From an uncultured Solirubrobacterales bacterium (lineage in GTDB: Bacteria > Actinomycetota > Thermoleophilia > Solirubrobacterales > JBBDJG01): a stretch of 64,000 nucleotides of DNA. The notes beneath the pieces are model-generated. The model had not been told where the DNA came from. It was given only the letters and a program-made list of their open reading frames with translations, and did no database searches. Each line of letters starts with the position of its first letter. Position 1 is the stretch's first letter. The stretch lies in NCBI GenBank assembly GCA_963768885.1, contig CAVYJN010000006.1, forward strand, positions 757,785-821,784. The letters are read 5' to 3'. A program made the translations under genes and the position numbers. This document shows, piece by piece, positions 20,671 to 30,044 of this stretch.

Positions 20671-21614
20671 CGGCGATCGTCGCGACCTACCGCGACACGG
20701 GCTCGCCGCTGCACGCGGCGCGCGCCGGCGTGGCGGCCGCGTTCGCGCTCGCGCCGTGCGTCGCGGCGCTCGTCAGCGGGCATCCCCTGATGCTTGCCGC
20801 CGCGCTTTGCTGCGTGGTCGTGTCCGGCGTGGCGGCGGGGGTGGGCCCGGAGCTGCGCGGCGCGGCGCGGTTCGCGATACCGCTCGCGCTCGTGGTCGCG
20901 GCGATCAACCCGCTCGTCTCGCGCGAGGGGCTCACGCTGATCGCCCAGGGACCGGTCGTCCCGCTCTACGGCACGCTCGACGTGACGCTCGAGGCGGTCG
21001 TGTTCGGCGCGCTCGCCGGTCTGCGCGTGATCGTCGTGATACTCGCGTTCGCGCTCTACTCGGCCGTCGTGGACCCCGACCGGGTGCTGCGGGCGCTGCG
21101 CCGCATCGCGCCTCGCTCCGCGCTGACCGCCTCGCTCGCGACGCGCATGGTCCCCCTGCTCGCGCGCGACGCCGCGCGCATGCGCGAGGCCTACGGCCTG
21201 CGCGCGGGCGTCCCCGTCGACGGCGGGCGGACCGCGGCGCTGCGGCGGGCGGGCATCATGACGCGCGCGCTTGCCGCGGGTGGGCTCGAGCGCGCGATGG
21301 ACGCGGCCGCGTCGCTCGAGGTCCGCGGCTACGGCCTGCGCGCGCCCGCGCGGGTGCCGGCCCGCGCGCGGGCGCCGTGGTCGCGCGACGATCGCGCGTT
21401 CGCGCTCGCGGCCGTGGTGATCGCCGGCGTCGCGGTCGCGCTGCGCGTCGCAGGCGGAGCATGGTTCGATCCCTATCCCACTCTGCGCGCGGACGCCGGC
21501 GAGGCCGTCCTGCTGGCCGCCGCCGCGCTGCCGGCGATCGCGGGCACGCCCTTCGCGCTCGCTCGCCGCCGGCGGATGCGCCGCAGGATGCGCACGAGGT
21601 CCGCCGATGCCTGA
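20667..21614 (+). CDS. ECF transporter transmembrane (T) component, EcfT/CbiQ family
   Basis: ATGA overlap with the upstream gene. It is a multi-TM protein with ...RIAPRSALTASLATRMVPLLARDAARMREAYGLRG... (the Ala-Arg-Gly coupling region typical of EcfT). Confidence 0.75.
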   Translation: MTAIVATYRDTGSPLHAARAGVAAAFALAPCVAALVSGHPLMLAAALCCVVVSGVAAGVGPELRGAARFAIPLALVVAAINPLVSREGLTLIAQGPVVPLYGTLDVTLEAVVFGALAGLRVIVVILAFALYSAVVDPDRVLRALRRIAPRSALTASLATRMVPLLARDAARMREAYGLRAGVPVDGGRTAALRRAGIMTRALAAGGLERAMDAAASLEVRGYGLRAPARVPARARAPWSRDDRAFALAAVVIAGVAVALRVAGGAWFDPYPTLRADAGEAVLLAAAALPAIAGTPFALARRRRMRRRMRTRSADA

Positions 21615-23293
21615 CGTCCTGCGGGTGGAGCGCGTCACGTATCGCTACGCCGGCAGCGAGGCAGCGGCGCTCGACGACGTCAGCCTGTCGCTCGCCGAGG
21701 GCGAGCTGACCGTGCTCGCGGGAGTGTCGGGCAGCGGCAAGTCGACGCTGATGCGCGCGGCCTGCGGTCTCGTGCCCCACTTCTTCGGCGGCGAGATCGC
21801 CGGGAGGGTCGAGGCGTGCGGCCGCGACACCCGCACGCACGGCCCGGCGGGCGTCGCCGACGTGGTCGCGATGGTCTTCCAGGATCCCGAGTCGCAGGTG
21901 GTCATGAACGGGGTGCGCGCGGAGCTCGAGCTCTCGCTCGAGACACGCGGCCACGGCGGCGCGGGGGCCGCGCGCGCCGTCGAGGAGGCCGCACTCGCGC
22001 TGGGCATCCAGGATCTGCTCGACCGGCAGGTGCACACGCTCTCCGGGGGAGAGCTGCAGCGCGTCGCGCTTGCCGCCGCGCTCGTCGCAGGGCCGCGCCT
22101 GCTGCTGCTGGACGAGCCGACCTCGCAGCTCGACCCGGTGGCGGGCGAGGAGCTCGTCTCCCAGCTGCGGCGCCTGAACGAGGAGTGGGGCACGACGGTG
22201 CTGATCGGCGAGCACCGCCTGGAGCGGTGCCTCGCGGCGGCCGACCGCGTGATCGTGCTCGACCGCGGCCGTGTCGCATGCGACGACTCGCCCGCGGCCT
22301 TCCTGCGGTGGGCGGCGCGCGCGCAGCCCGACCTCCTTCCGCCGGCGGCGCGCATGTTCTCGCTTGCGGGGATCGGCCCGCTGCCCGCGACCGTCAAGGA
22401 CGCCCGGTCGGGCCTGGGGGAGCGGGCGCCGGCGTCCCCGGCGCGAGCGCCCGCCGCGCCGCGACGACCACGCCTCAGGCGCGGGCGGCGCGGCGACCCT
22501 CGTACGGCGCTCCGCATGACGGACGTCTGGGTCGAATGGGACGACGGCTCGCGGTCGCCGACGGTCGCCCTGCGGGGCCTCTCGTTCGAGGCCGGCGCGG
22601 GGGAGACGGTCGCGCTGATGGGCCGAAACGGCGCCGGGAAGAGCACGCTCCTGCGCGTCGCCGCCGGTGTCGCCTGCGCCGAGCGCGGGGACGTCCGCGC
22701 GGCCGGGGAGGTCGCGCTCCTGCTGCAGACGCCCGCCGACTACCTGCTGCACGAGCGCGTCGCCGACGAGCTCCCGGGCGCCGTGGCCGATGCCGCGCTA
22801 CGCGAGCTCGGCCTGGCCGGCCTCGCCGAGCGTGACCCGCGCGACATGTCCGGCGGCGCGCGGCAGCGGCTGGCGCTCGGGATCGTGCTGGCCGGACGCG
22901 GGATCGGCGGCGGGGAGCCGCCCGCGGTGGTGGCGCTCGACGAGCCGACACGCGGGATGGACCCCGCGCGCAAGCGCGAGCTCGCGGAGCGCGTGCGAGC
23001 GCCTCGCGGCCGCCGGGGCCGCGGTGCTGGTCGCGACCCACGACGTCGAGTTCGCGGCGCGGGCGTGTCGGCGCTGCGTGCTGCTCGGGCGCGGTCAGGT
23101 GGTCGCCGACGGCCCGACGCGGGAGGTCCTCTCGGGCGGGCGCTACTTCACGACCGAGACCGCGCGCGTGCTCGGCCCCGGCGCGGGCGTGGTGCTCCCC
23201 GAGGAGGGGGCGGAGCTGCTCCTCGCGGGCGCCGGGACGGGCGACTTCCTCGCTGCGGGCGCCGCACGGCCGGGAAGCGTGGTGAGCGCGTGA
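21607..23293 (+). pseudogene. ECF transporter duplicated ATPase (fused EcfA-EcfA'). One frame break at ~22995-23002.
   Basis: There are two ABC cassettes. The first has GVSGSGKST / LSGGELQRVALA / LLLLDEPTSQLD. The second has GRNGAGKST / MSGGARQRLALG / VVALDEPTRGMD. The C-terminus continues in ORF 22667-23293 (...ALAAAGAAVLVATHDVEFAA...). Confidence 0.85.
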
Positions 23294-25128
23294 GCTGGCA
23301 GGGCGGCAGCGCGCTGGTCGTCGTGCTCGCGGCCACGGCCGGCGTGCTCTGGTTCGAGCGGGGCCGCCCGGACGCGAAGCTGGTCGCGCTGGTCGCGGCG
23401 CTTGCCGCGCTCGCGGTCGCGGCGCGCGTGCTGTTCGCCGCCGTGCCCAACGTGCAGGGCACCACGGACGTCGCGCTGCTGTCGGGATACGTGCTCGGTC
23501 CCGCGCCGGGCCTGATGGTGGGCGCGCTCGGCGCGCTCGCCTCGAACCTGTTCCTGGGGCAGGGACCGTGGACCCCGTGGCAGATGGTGGGCTGGGGCGC
23601 GGCCGGCCTGTTCGGCGCCGGCCTGGCGAGGCTGTGGGGCCGGCAGCTGGGCCGGCGCTCGCTGGCGCTGGCCTGCGGGCTGGCGGGCCTCGCGTTCGGC
23701 GCGTGGATGGACCTGTTCACGCTCACGAGCTTCGCCGCGCAGACCTCCGCGGGCGGATACGTGGCGATCGCGACGCTCTCGCTGCCCTTCAACGTCGCCC
23801 ACGCGATCGGGAACGTCGCCCTGTGCCTCGTCTTCGGGCCGTCGTTCGTGCGCGTCCTCGAGCGCTTCAGCCGCCGCCTGCAGGTGCGATGGGTCCCGCT
23901 CGCTCCGCGGCGCGCCCCCGGCGCCGCGACGCTCACGACGCTGCTGGTCGCGGCGGCGGCGCTCGCGGCCCTCGCCCCGGCCGCGGGCGCGTCCACGGGC
24001 GAGGTGCGCGACGGGCTGAGGTATCTGGAGCGCGCACAGAATCGCGACGGCGGCTTCGGCGGCGCCCCGGGGGAGGCCTCCAGCCAGCTCGTGAGCGGGT
24101 GGGCGGCGCTCGGGCTCGAGGCCGCGGGCAGGCATCCGCTCGACGTGCGCCGCGCGGGCCGGACGCCGCTGGACTTCATCCGCGCGGGCGTCGGATCGCT
24201 GAGCGAGACCGGAGAGCTCGAGCGCACGATCCTCGCGGTGCGCGGCGCCGGCCTCGACCCGCGGCGGTTCGGCGGCCGGGACCTGATCGCCGACCTCGAG
24301 CGCAAGCGCCGCCCGGACGGGTCGTTCTCGGGGCTGGCGAACTGGACGGCCTTCGGGATCATGGCGTTGCGCGCGTCCGGGCGCTCGCCGGGCTCGGCGG
24401 CGGTGCGCCGCGCGGGAGCGTGGCTTGCGGCACAGCAGAACGACGACGGCGGGTTCGCGTTCGCGACGCGCGCGGGCGGGAGCTTCGTGGACGAGACGGG
24501 CGCCGCGCTCCAGGGCCTCGCGGCCGCGCGGCGCGGCGGCGCGGTCGTGAGGCGCGCGCTCTCGTACCTGCGCCGCGCGCAGAACGCGGACGGCGGCTTC
24601 GGCCAGACCTCGGGTTACAAGTCGAACGCGCAGTCCACCGCGTGGGCCGTGCAGGGGATCGTCGCGGGCGGGGGAAGGCCCGCGTCGTTTCGCAAAGGGG
24701 GGCGCTCGCCGCTGCGCTACCTCGCCACGCTCCAGCAGGACGACGGCAGCTTCCGCTACTCGCGCTCGAGCGCCCAGACCCCGGTGTGGGTCACGGCGCA
24801 GGTGATCACCGCGCTGCGGCGCAAGGCTTTTCCGGTCGAGGAGCCGCCCCGGCGCCGCCGCGCGAAGCGGCGTGCCGCGGCCGTCGCGGCGAAGCCCGTC
24901 GCACGCGAGCGCGACCGTCCGGAGCCGGTGCACGCGGCCGCGGCCCCGCGGCGCCCGCGCCGCGGAGCGGCCGAAGCCGCGCCGCCGGCCGTCGCGGCAC
25001 GCTCCGTTGCGGCGCGGGCGCCGGAGGACGAGGGCGGCGTTCCCGCCGCCGTGCCGATCGGCGCAGGCATCGCCGCCCTCGGCGGCGGCGCCGCCTACGT
25101 GCTGCGCCGGCGGCGCCCCGCCGGATAG
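23290..25128 (+). CDS. ECF S-component-like six-TM core fused (as sequenced) to an extracytoplasmic alpha/alpha-toroid (prenyltransferase / squalene-cyclase-repeat) domain and a C-terminal TM anchor
   Basis: GTGA overlap with the ATPase stop. The TM core reads ...FAAVPNVQGTTDVALLSGYVLGPAPGLMVGALGALASNLF.... Five repeats follow: RYLERAQNRDGGFGG, LERKRRPDGSFSG, AWLAAQQNDDGGFAF, SYLRRAQNADGGFGQ, YLATLQQDDGSFRY. The terminal sequence is VPIGAGIAALGGGAAYVLRRRRP. It could instead be two genes (internal in-frame GTG at 23884). Confidence 0.65.
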   Translation: MSWQGGSALVVVLAATAGVLWFERGRPDAKLVALVAALAALAVAARVLFAAVPNVQGTTDVALLSGYVLGPAPGLMVGALGALASNLFLGQGPWTPWQMVGWGAAGLFGAGLARLWGRQLGRRSLALACGLAGLAFGAWMDLFTLTSFAAQTSAGGYVAIATLSLPFNVAHAIGNVALCLVFGPSFVRVLERFSRRLQVRWVPLAPRRAPGAATLTTLLVAAAALAALAPAAGASTGEVRDGLRYLERAQNRDGGFGGAPGEASSQLVSGWAALGLEAAGRHPLDVRRAGRTPLDFIRAGVGSLSETGELERTILAVRGAGLDPRRFGGRDLIADLERKRRPDGSFSGLANWTAFGIMALRASGRSPGSAAVRRAGAWLAAQQNDDGGFAFATRAGGSFVDETGAALQGLAAARRGGAVVRRALSYLRRAQNADGGFGQTSGYKSNAQSTAWAVQGIVAGGGRPASFRKGGRSPLRYLATLQQDDGSFRYSRSSAQTPVWVTAQVITALRRKAFPVEEPPRRRRAKRRAAAVAAKPVARERDRPEPVHAAAAPRRPRRGAAEAAPPAVAARSVAARAPEDEGGVPAAVPIGAGIAALGGGAAYVLRRRRPAG

Positions 25129-25170
25129 GACGGGAGACCTGCCCCGCAGGGGTTACAGTGGGGATCGAGT

Positions 25171-26896
25171 GTGCGCGGTCTGCATACGGGGTTCGCGGTG
25201 ATCTCCCGCGCGAATGCGCTCGCGGCGATGCACCGCGACACCTTCGACGTGGTCGTGATCGGCGGCGGCATCACCGGCGCGGGCGTCGCGCTCGACGCGG
25301 CCACGCGGGGGTACTCGGTCGCGCTCGTCGAGCGCGACGACTTCTCGTGCGGCACCTCGAGCCGCTCCTCGAAGATGGTGCACGGCGGACTGCGCTACCT
25401 GCAGAACTTCGACCTCGGGCTCGTGCGCGAAGCGCTGCTCGAGCGCCAGTTGATGGTGCGGCTCGCGCCGCACCTCGTCAAGCCGCTGCCGTTCCTCGTG
25501 CCCGCGCTCGAGGGCGCGCGCCGGGACTACCGGATCGGCGTGGGGCTGAACATGTACGACGTCATGTCGATGCGCAACCCGCGCGCCCGCCGGCGCGCGC
25601 GGCGCGAGGCCGAGACCGAGGGCGGGGAGTACTGGAGCCCCGACCGCCACCGCACGATCGACGCCGCCGAGGTCGTGAGCATGATCCCTCCGCTCGAGGC
25701 CCGCGACCCGTCTTCGGCGTACCTGTTCTACGACTGTCAGACCGACGACTCGCGCCTCGTCCTGACCGTGCTCGGGGAAGCCGAGCGCTTCGGCGCGATC
25801 TGCGTGAACGGCGCGGAGGCGGTCGAGCTGATCGAGGAGGACGGCAAGGCGGCAGGCGTCGTGTGCCGAGGAGGCCGAGTCGGGGGAGCGCTTCCCGATC
25901 TCGGCCGCGAACGTCGTCAACGCCACCGGCGTGTGGGCGGACCGCATCCGTCCCGAGGAGCTGCACGGCGAGGAGGACGAGCAGGTGCCGGTGATCCGGC
26001 CGAGCCGCGGCACCCACATCCTGATCGACCGCGAGCGCCTGCCGATGAACGCGGCCGCGGTGCTCCCGGCCGGTGAGGACCGCACGATCTTCGCCCTCCC
26101 GTGGCTGGGGCAGACCCTCGTCGGGACCACCGACAACGACTACGAGGGCAGCCTCGAGCATCCGGCCGTGCCGGGCTCCGACGTGCGCTATCTGCTCGAC
26201 GCGGTCAACTCGTACTTCGAGACGTCCTTCGGCCCGGGCGACCTCGCCGGGGCCTACGCCGGCGTGCGCCCGCTGATCTCCACCGCGGACCCCAAGAAGA
26301 GCGTCGACATCTCCCGCAAGGCCGAGCTCTACGAGACGTCGTCGGGGCTGATCACGATCACCGGCGGCAAGCTGACGACCTGGCGACGGATGGCGAAGAT
26401 GGTCGTCGACCGCCTCGTCCTGCGCGAGTTCCGCGAGGCGCCCTGCCGCACGCACGAGATCCCGCTGGGCCATCCGGTCGATCCCGCCGAGCTGCCCGCC
26501 TCACCGGCCCTCGACGACGACGCCCGCGCGCACCTCGCCGGGCGCTACGGGCTGTTCGCGGAGCGCGTGCTCGAGATCTGCGCCGAGGACCCGCAGCTGG
26601 GCCGCCCGATCTGCGAGGGCATGCCGGACCTCTTGGTCGAGGCGGTCGTCGCGGCCCGCCACGAGCAGGCCCGTAGCGTCGCCGACGTCCTGCTGCGCCG
26701 CACGCGGCTCGGCCTGCTGGCCGGGCGCCGCATGCTCGAGGACCGCGAGGGCGTGCTGCGCGTCGCGCGGGCGATGGCGCCGGAGCGGGGGTGGGACGAA
26801 GCCGCGGTCGAGCGCGCCGCGGACGAGTGGCCCGCCGCGGTCGCAGCCGAGCGGCTGGTCACCGGCGAGGAGGAAGAGGTGCCGGTCCGCAGCTAG
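25171..26896 (+). pseudogene. glpD: Glycerol-3-phosphate dehydrogenase (FAD-dependent). One frame break at ~25868-25871.
   Basis: FAD fold DVVVIGGGITGAGVALDAATRGYSVALVERDDFSCGTSSRSSKMVHGGLRYL. It continues in ORF 25931-26896 (...NATGVWADRIRP...IRPSRGTHI...ITITGGKLTTWRRMA...). Confidence 0.85.
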
Positions 26897-28456
26897 GGGA
26901 CGAACAGTCCCTGAACGGCGAACACGAGGTTGTCCTGCGTCTGGGCCAGTCCGTCCGGGCCGCCGTCCCAGACCTGCATCGCCCCCAGTTCCATGATCGC
27001 GCGCCCGCCCTCCTTGACCGCGCCGGGGTTGACCGCATCGACCGACGTGACGAGCTTGCAGGTGGATCCCGTGTTGGTGGCCGCGGTGGCGGCGCAGGGC
27101 AGGACGAATCCCCATGTCGTGTCGGTGCCGGTCGCGGGCTCGGTGCCGCCGCTCGCGGTGGGCCCGCTTGCGCGATCGGTCTGGCGCCGGTAGGCCGCCC
27201 GCACGCGCAGCTCACCCGTGTAGTCGGACAGGTCGGAGCTCTTGCGGACATCCGCCAGTGAGATGACCACGTTGACATCGGCCTCGTCGGCCGGCGTTGC
27301 GGGGTTGCCGACCACCACCCTCGCCACGAACCTGCCCGCGAAGTTGGGAGGCTGCTGGTTGGCGTCGGCCGTGCCGACCGTCAGGTAGCGCGACATCGGC
27401 CGCGGCGGGTTGCACGAGGGGTGGTCGAGCGGCGGTCCGTGCGTGCGGTTCGGGTAGCTGCACGGCCGGTAGGCGGGCACGAACGCGACCTTGAACGGGC
27501 TTGCGCCCTTCGGTCGCGGGTAGCCGGATGGAGGCGGCGGCGGCAGCGGCACCGGCTGCCAGGCCGGCTGAGCGTCCATCACGGTGTTGTTGGTGATCCG
27601 CGTCTGGCTCGTTCCGTCGGGATTCATGACGTAGACCTCGGCGCTGGTGAACGCGCCGCGCACGAACGCGATCTTGTCGCCCGCCGGCGACCACGACGGC
27701 CGCTCGTCCACGACGGCGCCGTTGTTGGTGAGGTTGGCCGGCGCGCTGCCGTTCGAGTTCATCTTCCAGATCTCGTCACTGGAGCCATAGCCGCTGTGGA
27801 ACACGATCTGGTTGCCGTCCGGCGACCAGTCGGGCTCGACGTCGACCGCCGGGGTCGCGGTCAGCGCGGCGGGCGACGTCCCGTCCGCGTTCGCGGTGTA
27901 GATGTCGCCGTCGCGCGAGAAGGCGAGCTTCGTGCCGCCGGGCGACCAGCTCGGATAGTCCTCGTTGACCCCCGGCGTGTTCGTGATGTTCAGCCTCGGC
28001 CGAGCCGTCCGCGTTCATCACGAACAGGTCGGAGGTGCCCTGGGCGTCGTCGCGATCGCTCGCGAACACGATCTTCGCCCCGCTCGGGGCCCAGGCCGGG
28101 TGGTAGTCCCCGGCGGCGTCCTGCGTGAGCTGGGTGGCGTTGGACCCGTCGGCGTTGGCGACCCAGACGTCGGGCCGCAGGCCGGGGTTGCGCTCGAACA
28201 CGATCTTCGTGCCGTCCTTCGACCACGACGGAAAGAGCTCGTCCCCGTCGAAGCTGGTGATGCGCGTCTGGGCGGCGCCGTCGCCCGCCATCGTGTAGAG
28301 GTCGGAGTCCGCGGGAAAGCCGTCGCGCGCGCTCGAGAAGGCGAGCTTCCCGTTGGTCCCGGGGAACGCCGCCTGGACCGCGGCGGGCGCCAGCGCGCAC
28401 GCCGTCAGCACGACGGCGGCGACCATGATCGTGCGCGTTGCCCTGGCCACGGTCAC
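26893..28456 (-). pseudogene. Secreted TolB/PD40-like beta-propeller protein ending in the conserved ~210-aa C-terminal domain (CTD). One frame break at ~27997-28000.
   Basis: Signal MTVARATRTIMVAAVVLTACALAPAAVQA. PD40 repeats (FPSWSKDGTKIVF, HPAWAPSGAKIVFAS, ...). The extra C in CAGCCTCGG is absent from the paralogous copy at 36875. The CTD (26893-27525) starts GYPRPKGASPFKVAFVPAYRPC and ends QGLFVP. Confidence 0.75.
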
Positions 28457-29958
28457 GTGCCTAGCGCGTCCGGCAGGGACGCTTCTGCTTCCAGCCTGCC
28501 TGCTCGCAGACAGCGGGTCGCGAGCTGCCCTGCACCCGCACGATCTCGGTCTCGTCGGTGGCCTTCCCGTCGTCGTCGGACACGCGCACCGTGACGGTCA
28601 CCTGCTCGGGCGCGGTGAACGACTTCGAGGTGGTCGGGTCCGCCCCGGTGTCGCGCTCGAACGTGCCGTCGCCGTTGAGGTCCCACTGGTAGCGCGTGAC
28701 GGAGCCGTCGGGGTCGGAGGACGCCGAGGCGTCGAAGGCGACCGTGTCGCCCACGGACGCCGTGCGGGTCGAGGCCGTGAGGGCCGCGGAGGGGCCGCCC
28801 GCCTGCTGGTTGGAGAACTCGATCGGGATCCGCAGCATGTCGCGGTCGAGCGTCCCGGCGCAGCCGCTGAGGTGCTGCACCGTGTAGAAGAGGTATGCGC
28901 TCTGACCGACGGTCTCGAAGTTGCGGGACGTGCTGTTGGGGTCGATCAGCGACGGGTCACGGATCGGGTCCGGCGGCACGCAGTCCTTCGTCCAGGTCAG
29001 CTCGGCCGCCATCAGGAGCTCTACGTTCGTCCAGTTCACGAGGTCGTCGGAGAGGGCGTAGTAGAAGCCCGGCGGCCGGCCGTATTGCGCGCCGCCCACC
29101 GAGGACCCGACCAGCATCCACTTGCGCAGGTAGGTGTTGTAGGTGAGGCTCTCGGTGATCGTCCCGATGTGGAGGAAGTCCACCGGCGCGCAGACGTGCT
29201 GGGAGGGGTCCAGGGTCGCGAGGTAGGGGTTGCGGAACTGCGTGTTGAACCCGGTCCCGTTCCAGGCCCGCCACGAGGTGTGGTCGGCCAGGTTGCGGGT
29301 CCGCATCAGGCAGGTGCCGAGCTGCTGGAACCCCTTGTCCTCGGCTCTGATGAACGCGTAGAAGTAGCCGTCGCCCGAGCGCACGATGTTGCTCGGCGTG
29401 AAGTATCCGTTCGGGCCGTCCTTCGCGTATTGGTAGGGCAGCGCGGCGACCAGGTGCGACGGCGCGGCGGCCTGCGTGAAGGTCGCGCCCGAGTTGCTCG
29501 AGTAGGCGCTCGTGATCGCGTTGAACCAGCACTGGTAGCGCTCGGCCTGGGACTCGCCCGAGCGAATGCAGTTGCCGCCCGTGAAGAGGTGGCCCTGGTA
29601 CTCGTTGTGGACGAGCGCGTAGACGTTCTTGCCGTCCGGCGTCCAGGGCGAGGCGAGCCACTCCTTGGCGTCGTACTTGGCGGGGTCCGAGTTGTTGGAC
29701 GACGACATCGTCTTCGTGCACGGGTGGGTGAGCGTCTCGAGGGTGTTCCCGATGAACCGGTAGTTGACGAAGTGCGTCGCCATCAGCTGCACCTTGCCGC
29801 TGTCGTCGCGGAACGCGCGGGCGGATTCGTCGGAGATGTCGTTGTCCTCGCAGCGCTGGGCGCTCCAGTCGTAGACCATCACCTCCGGCGCGGTCTGCCG
29901 CACGAAGGGCTCGTTGAACTGGAAGGCGCCGGCGGCGGCCGGCTGCAGGAGGGCGGCG
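27548..29958. repeat. Segmental duplication, copy 1 (~2.41 kb; propeller-encoding 5' part of one gene plus almost the whole upstream PKD-protein gene)
   Basis: It matches 36428-38837 at offset 8880/8879. I found only 4 substitutions (27955, 28405, 29281, 29439) and one 1-nt indel (~27998). Confidence 0.85.
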
Positions 29959-30044
29959 GCCACCACGAGCAGGCACGTGACGAGCACGTGCCGATGCGTA
30001 ATTCGCCCAGACCCGAAGGTCGTCCGGATGATCCGTTCTCCCAT
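28461..30044 (-). CDS. Secreted protein: unassigned ~390-aa domain plus a C-terminal PKD domain (copy 1)
   Basis: Start at the ATG at 30044 (MGERIIRTTFGSGRITHRHVLVTCLLVVAAALLQPAAAGA). PKD motif DPDGSVTRYQWDLNGDGTFERDTG...VTVRVSDDDGKATDETEIVRV. It lies 4 nt upstream of the propeller gene. Confidence 0.7.
   Translation of the reverse strand: MGERIIRTTFGSGRITHRHVLVTCLLVVAAALLQPAAAGAFQFNEPFVRQTAPEVMVYDWSAQRCEDNDISDESARAFRDDSGKVQLMATHFVNYRFIGNTLETLTHPCTKTMSSSNNSDPAKYDAKEWLASPWTPDGKNVYALVHNEYQGHLFTGGNCIRSGESQAERYQCWFNAITSAYSSNSGATFTQAAAPSHLVAALPYQYAKDGPNGYFTPSNIVRSGDGYFYAFIRAEDKGFQQLGTCLMRTRNLADHTSWRAWNGTGFNTQFRNPYLATLDPSQHVCAPVDFLHIGTITESLTYNTYLRKWMLVGSSVGGAQYGRPPGFYYALSDDLVNWTNVELLMAAELTWTKDCVPPDPIRDPSLIDPNSTSRNFETVGQSAYLFYTVQHLSGCAGTLDRDMLRIPIEFSNQQAGGPSAALTASTRTASVGDTVAFDASASSDPDGSVTRYQWDLNGDGTFERDTGADPTTSKSFTAPEQVTVTVRVSDDDGKATDETEIVRVQGSSRPAVCEQAGWKQKRPCRTR

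Noticed and set aside
27548-29958. 2.4-kb duplicated block considered as an IS element or transposon
   Set aside because: It has no transposase or integrase ORF, no terminal inverted repeats and no target-site duplication. Both boundaries fall inside coding sequence.
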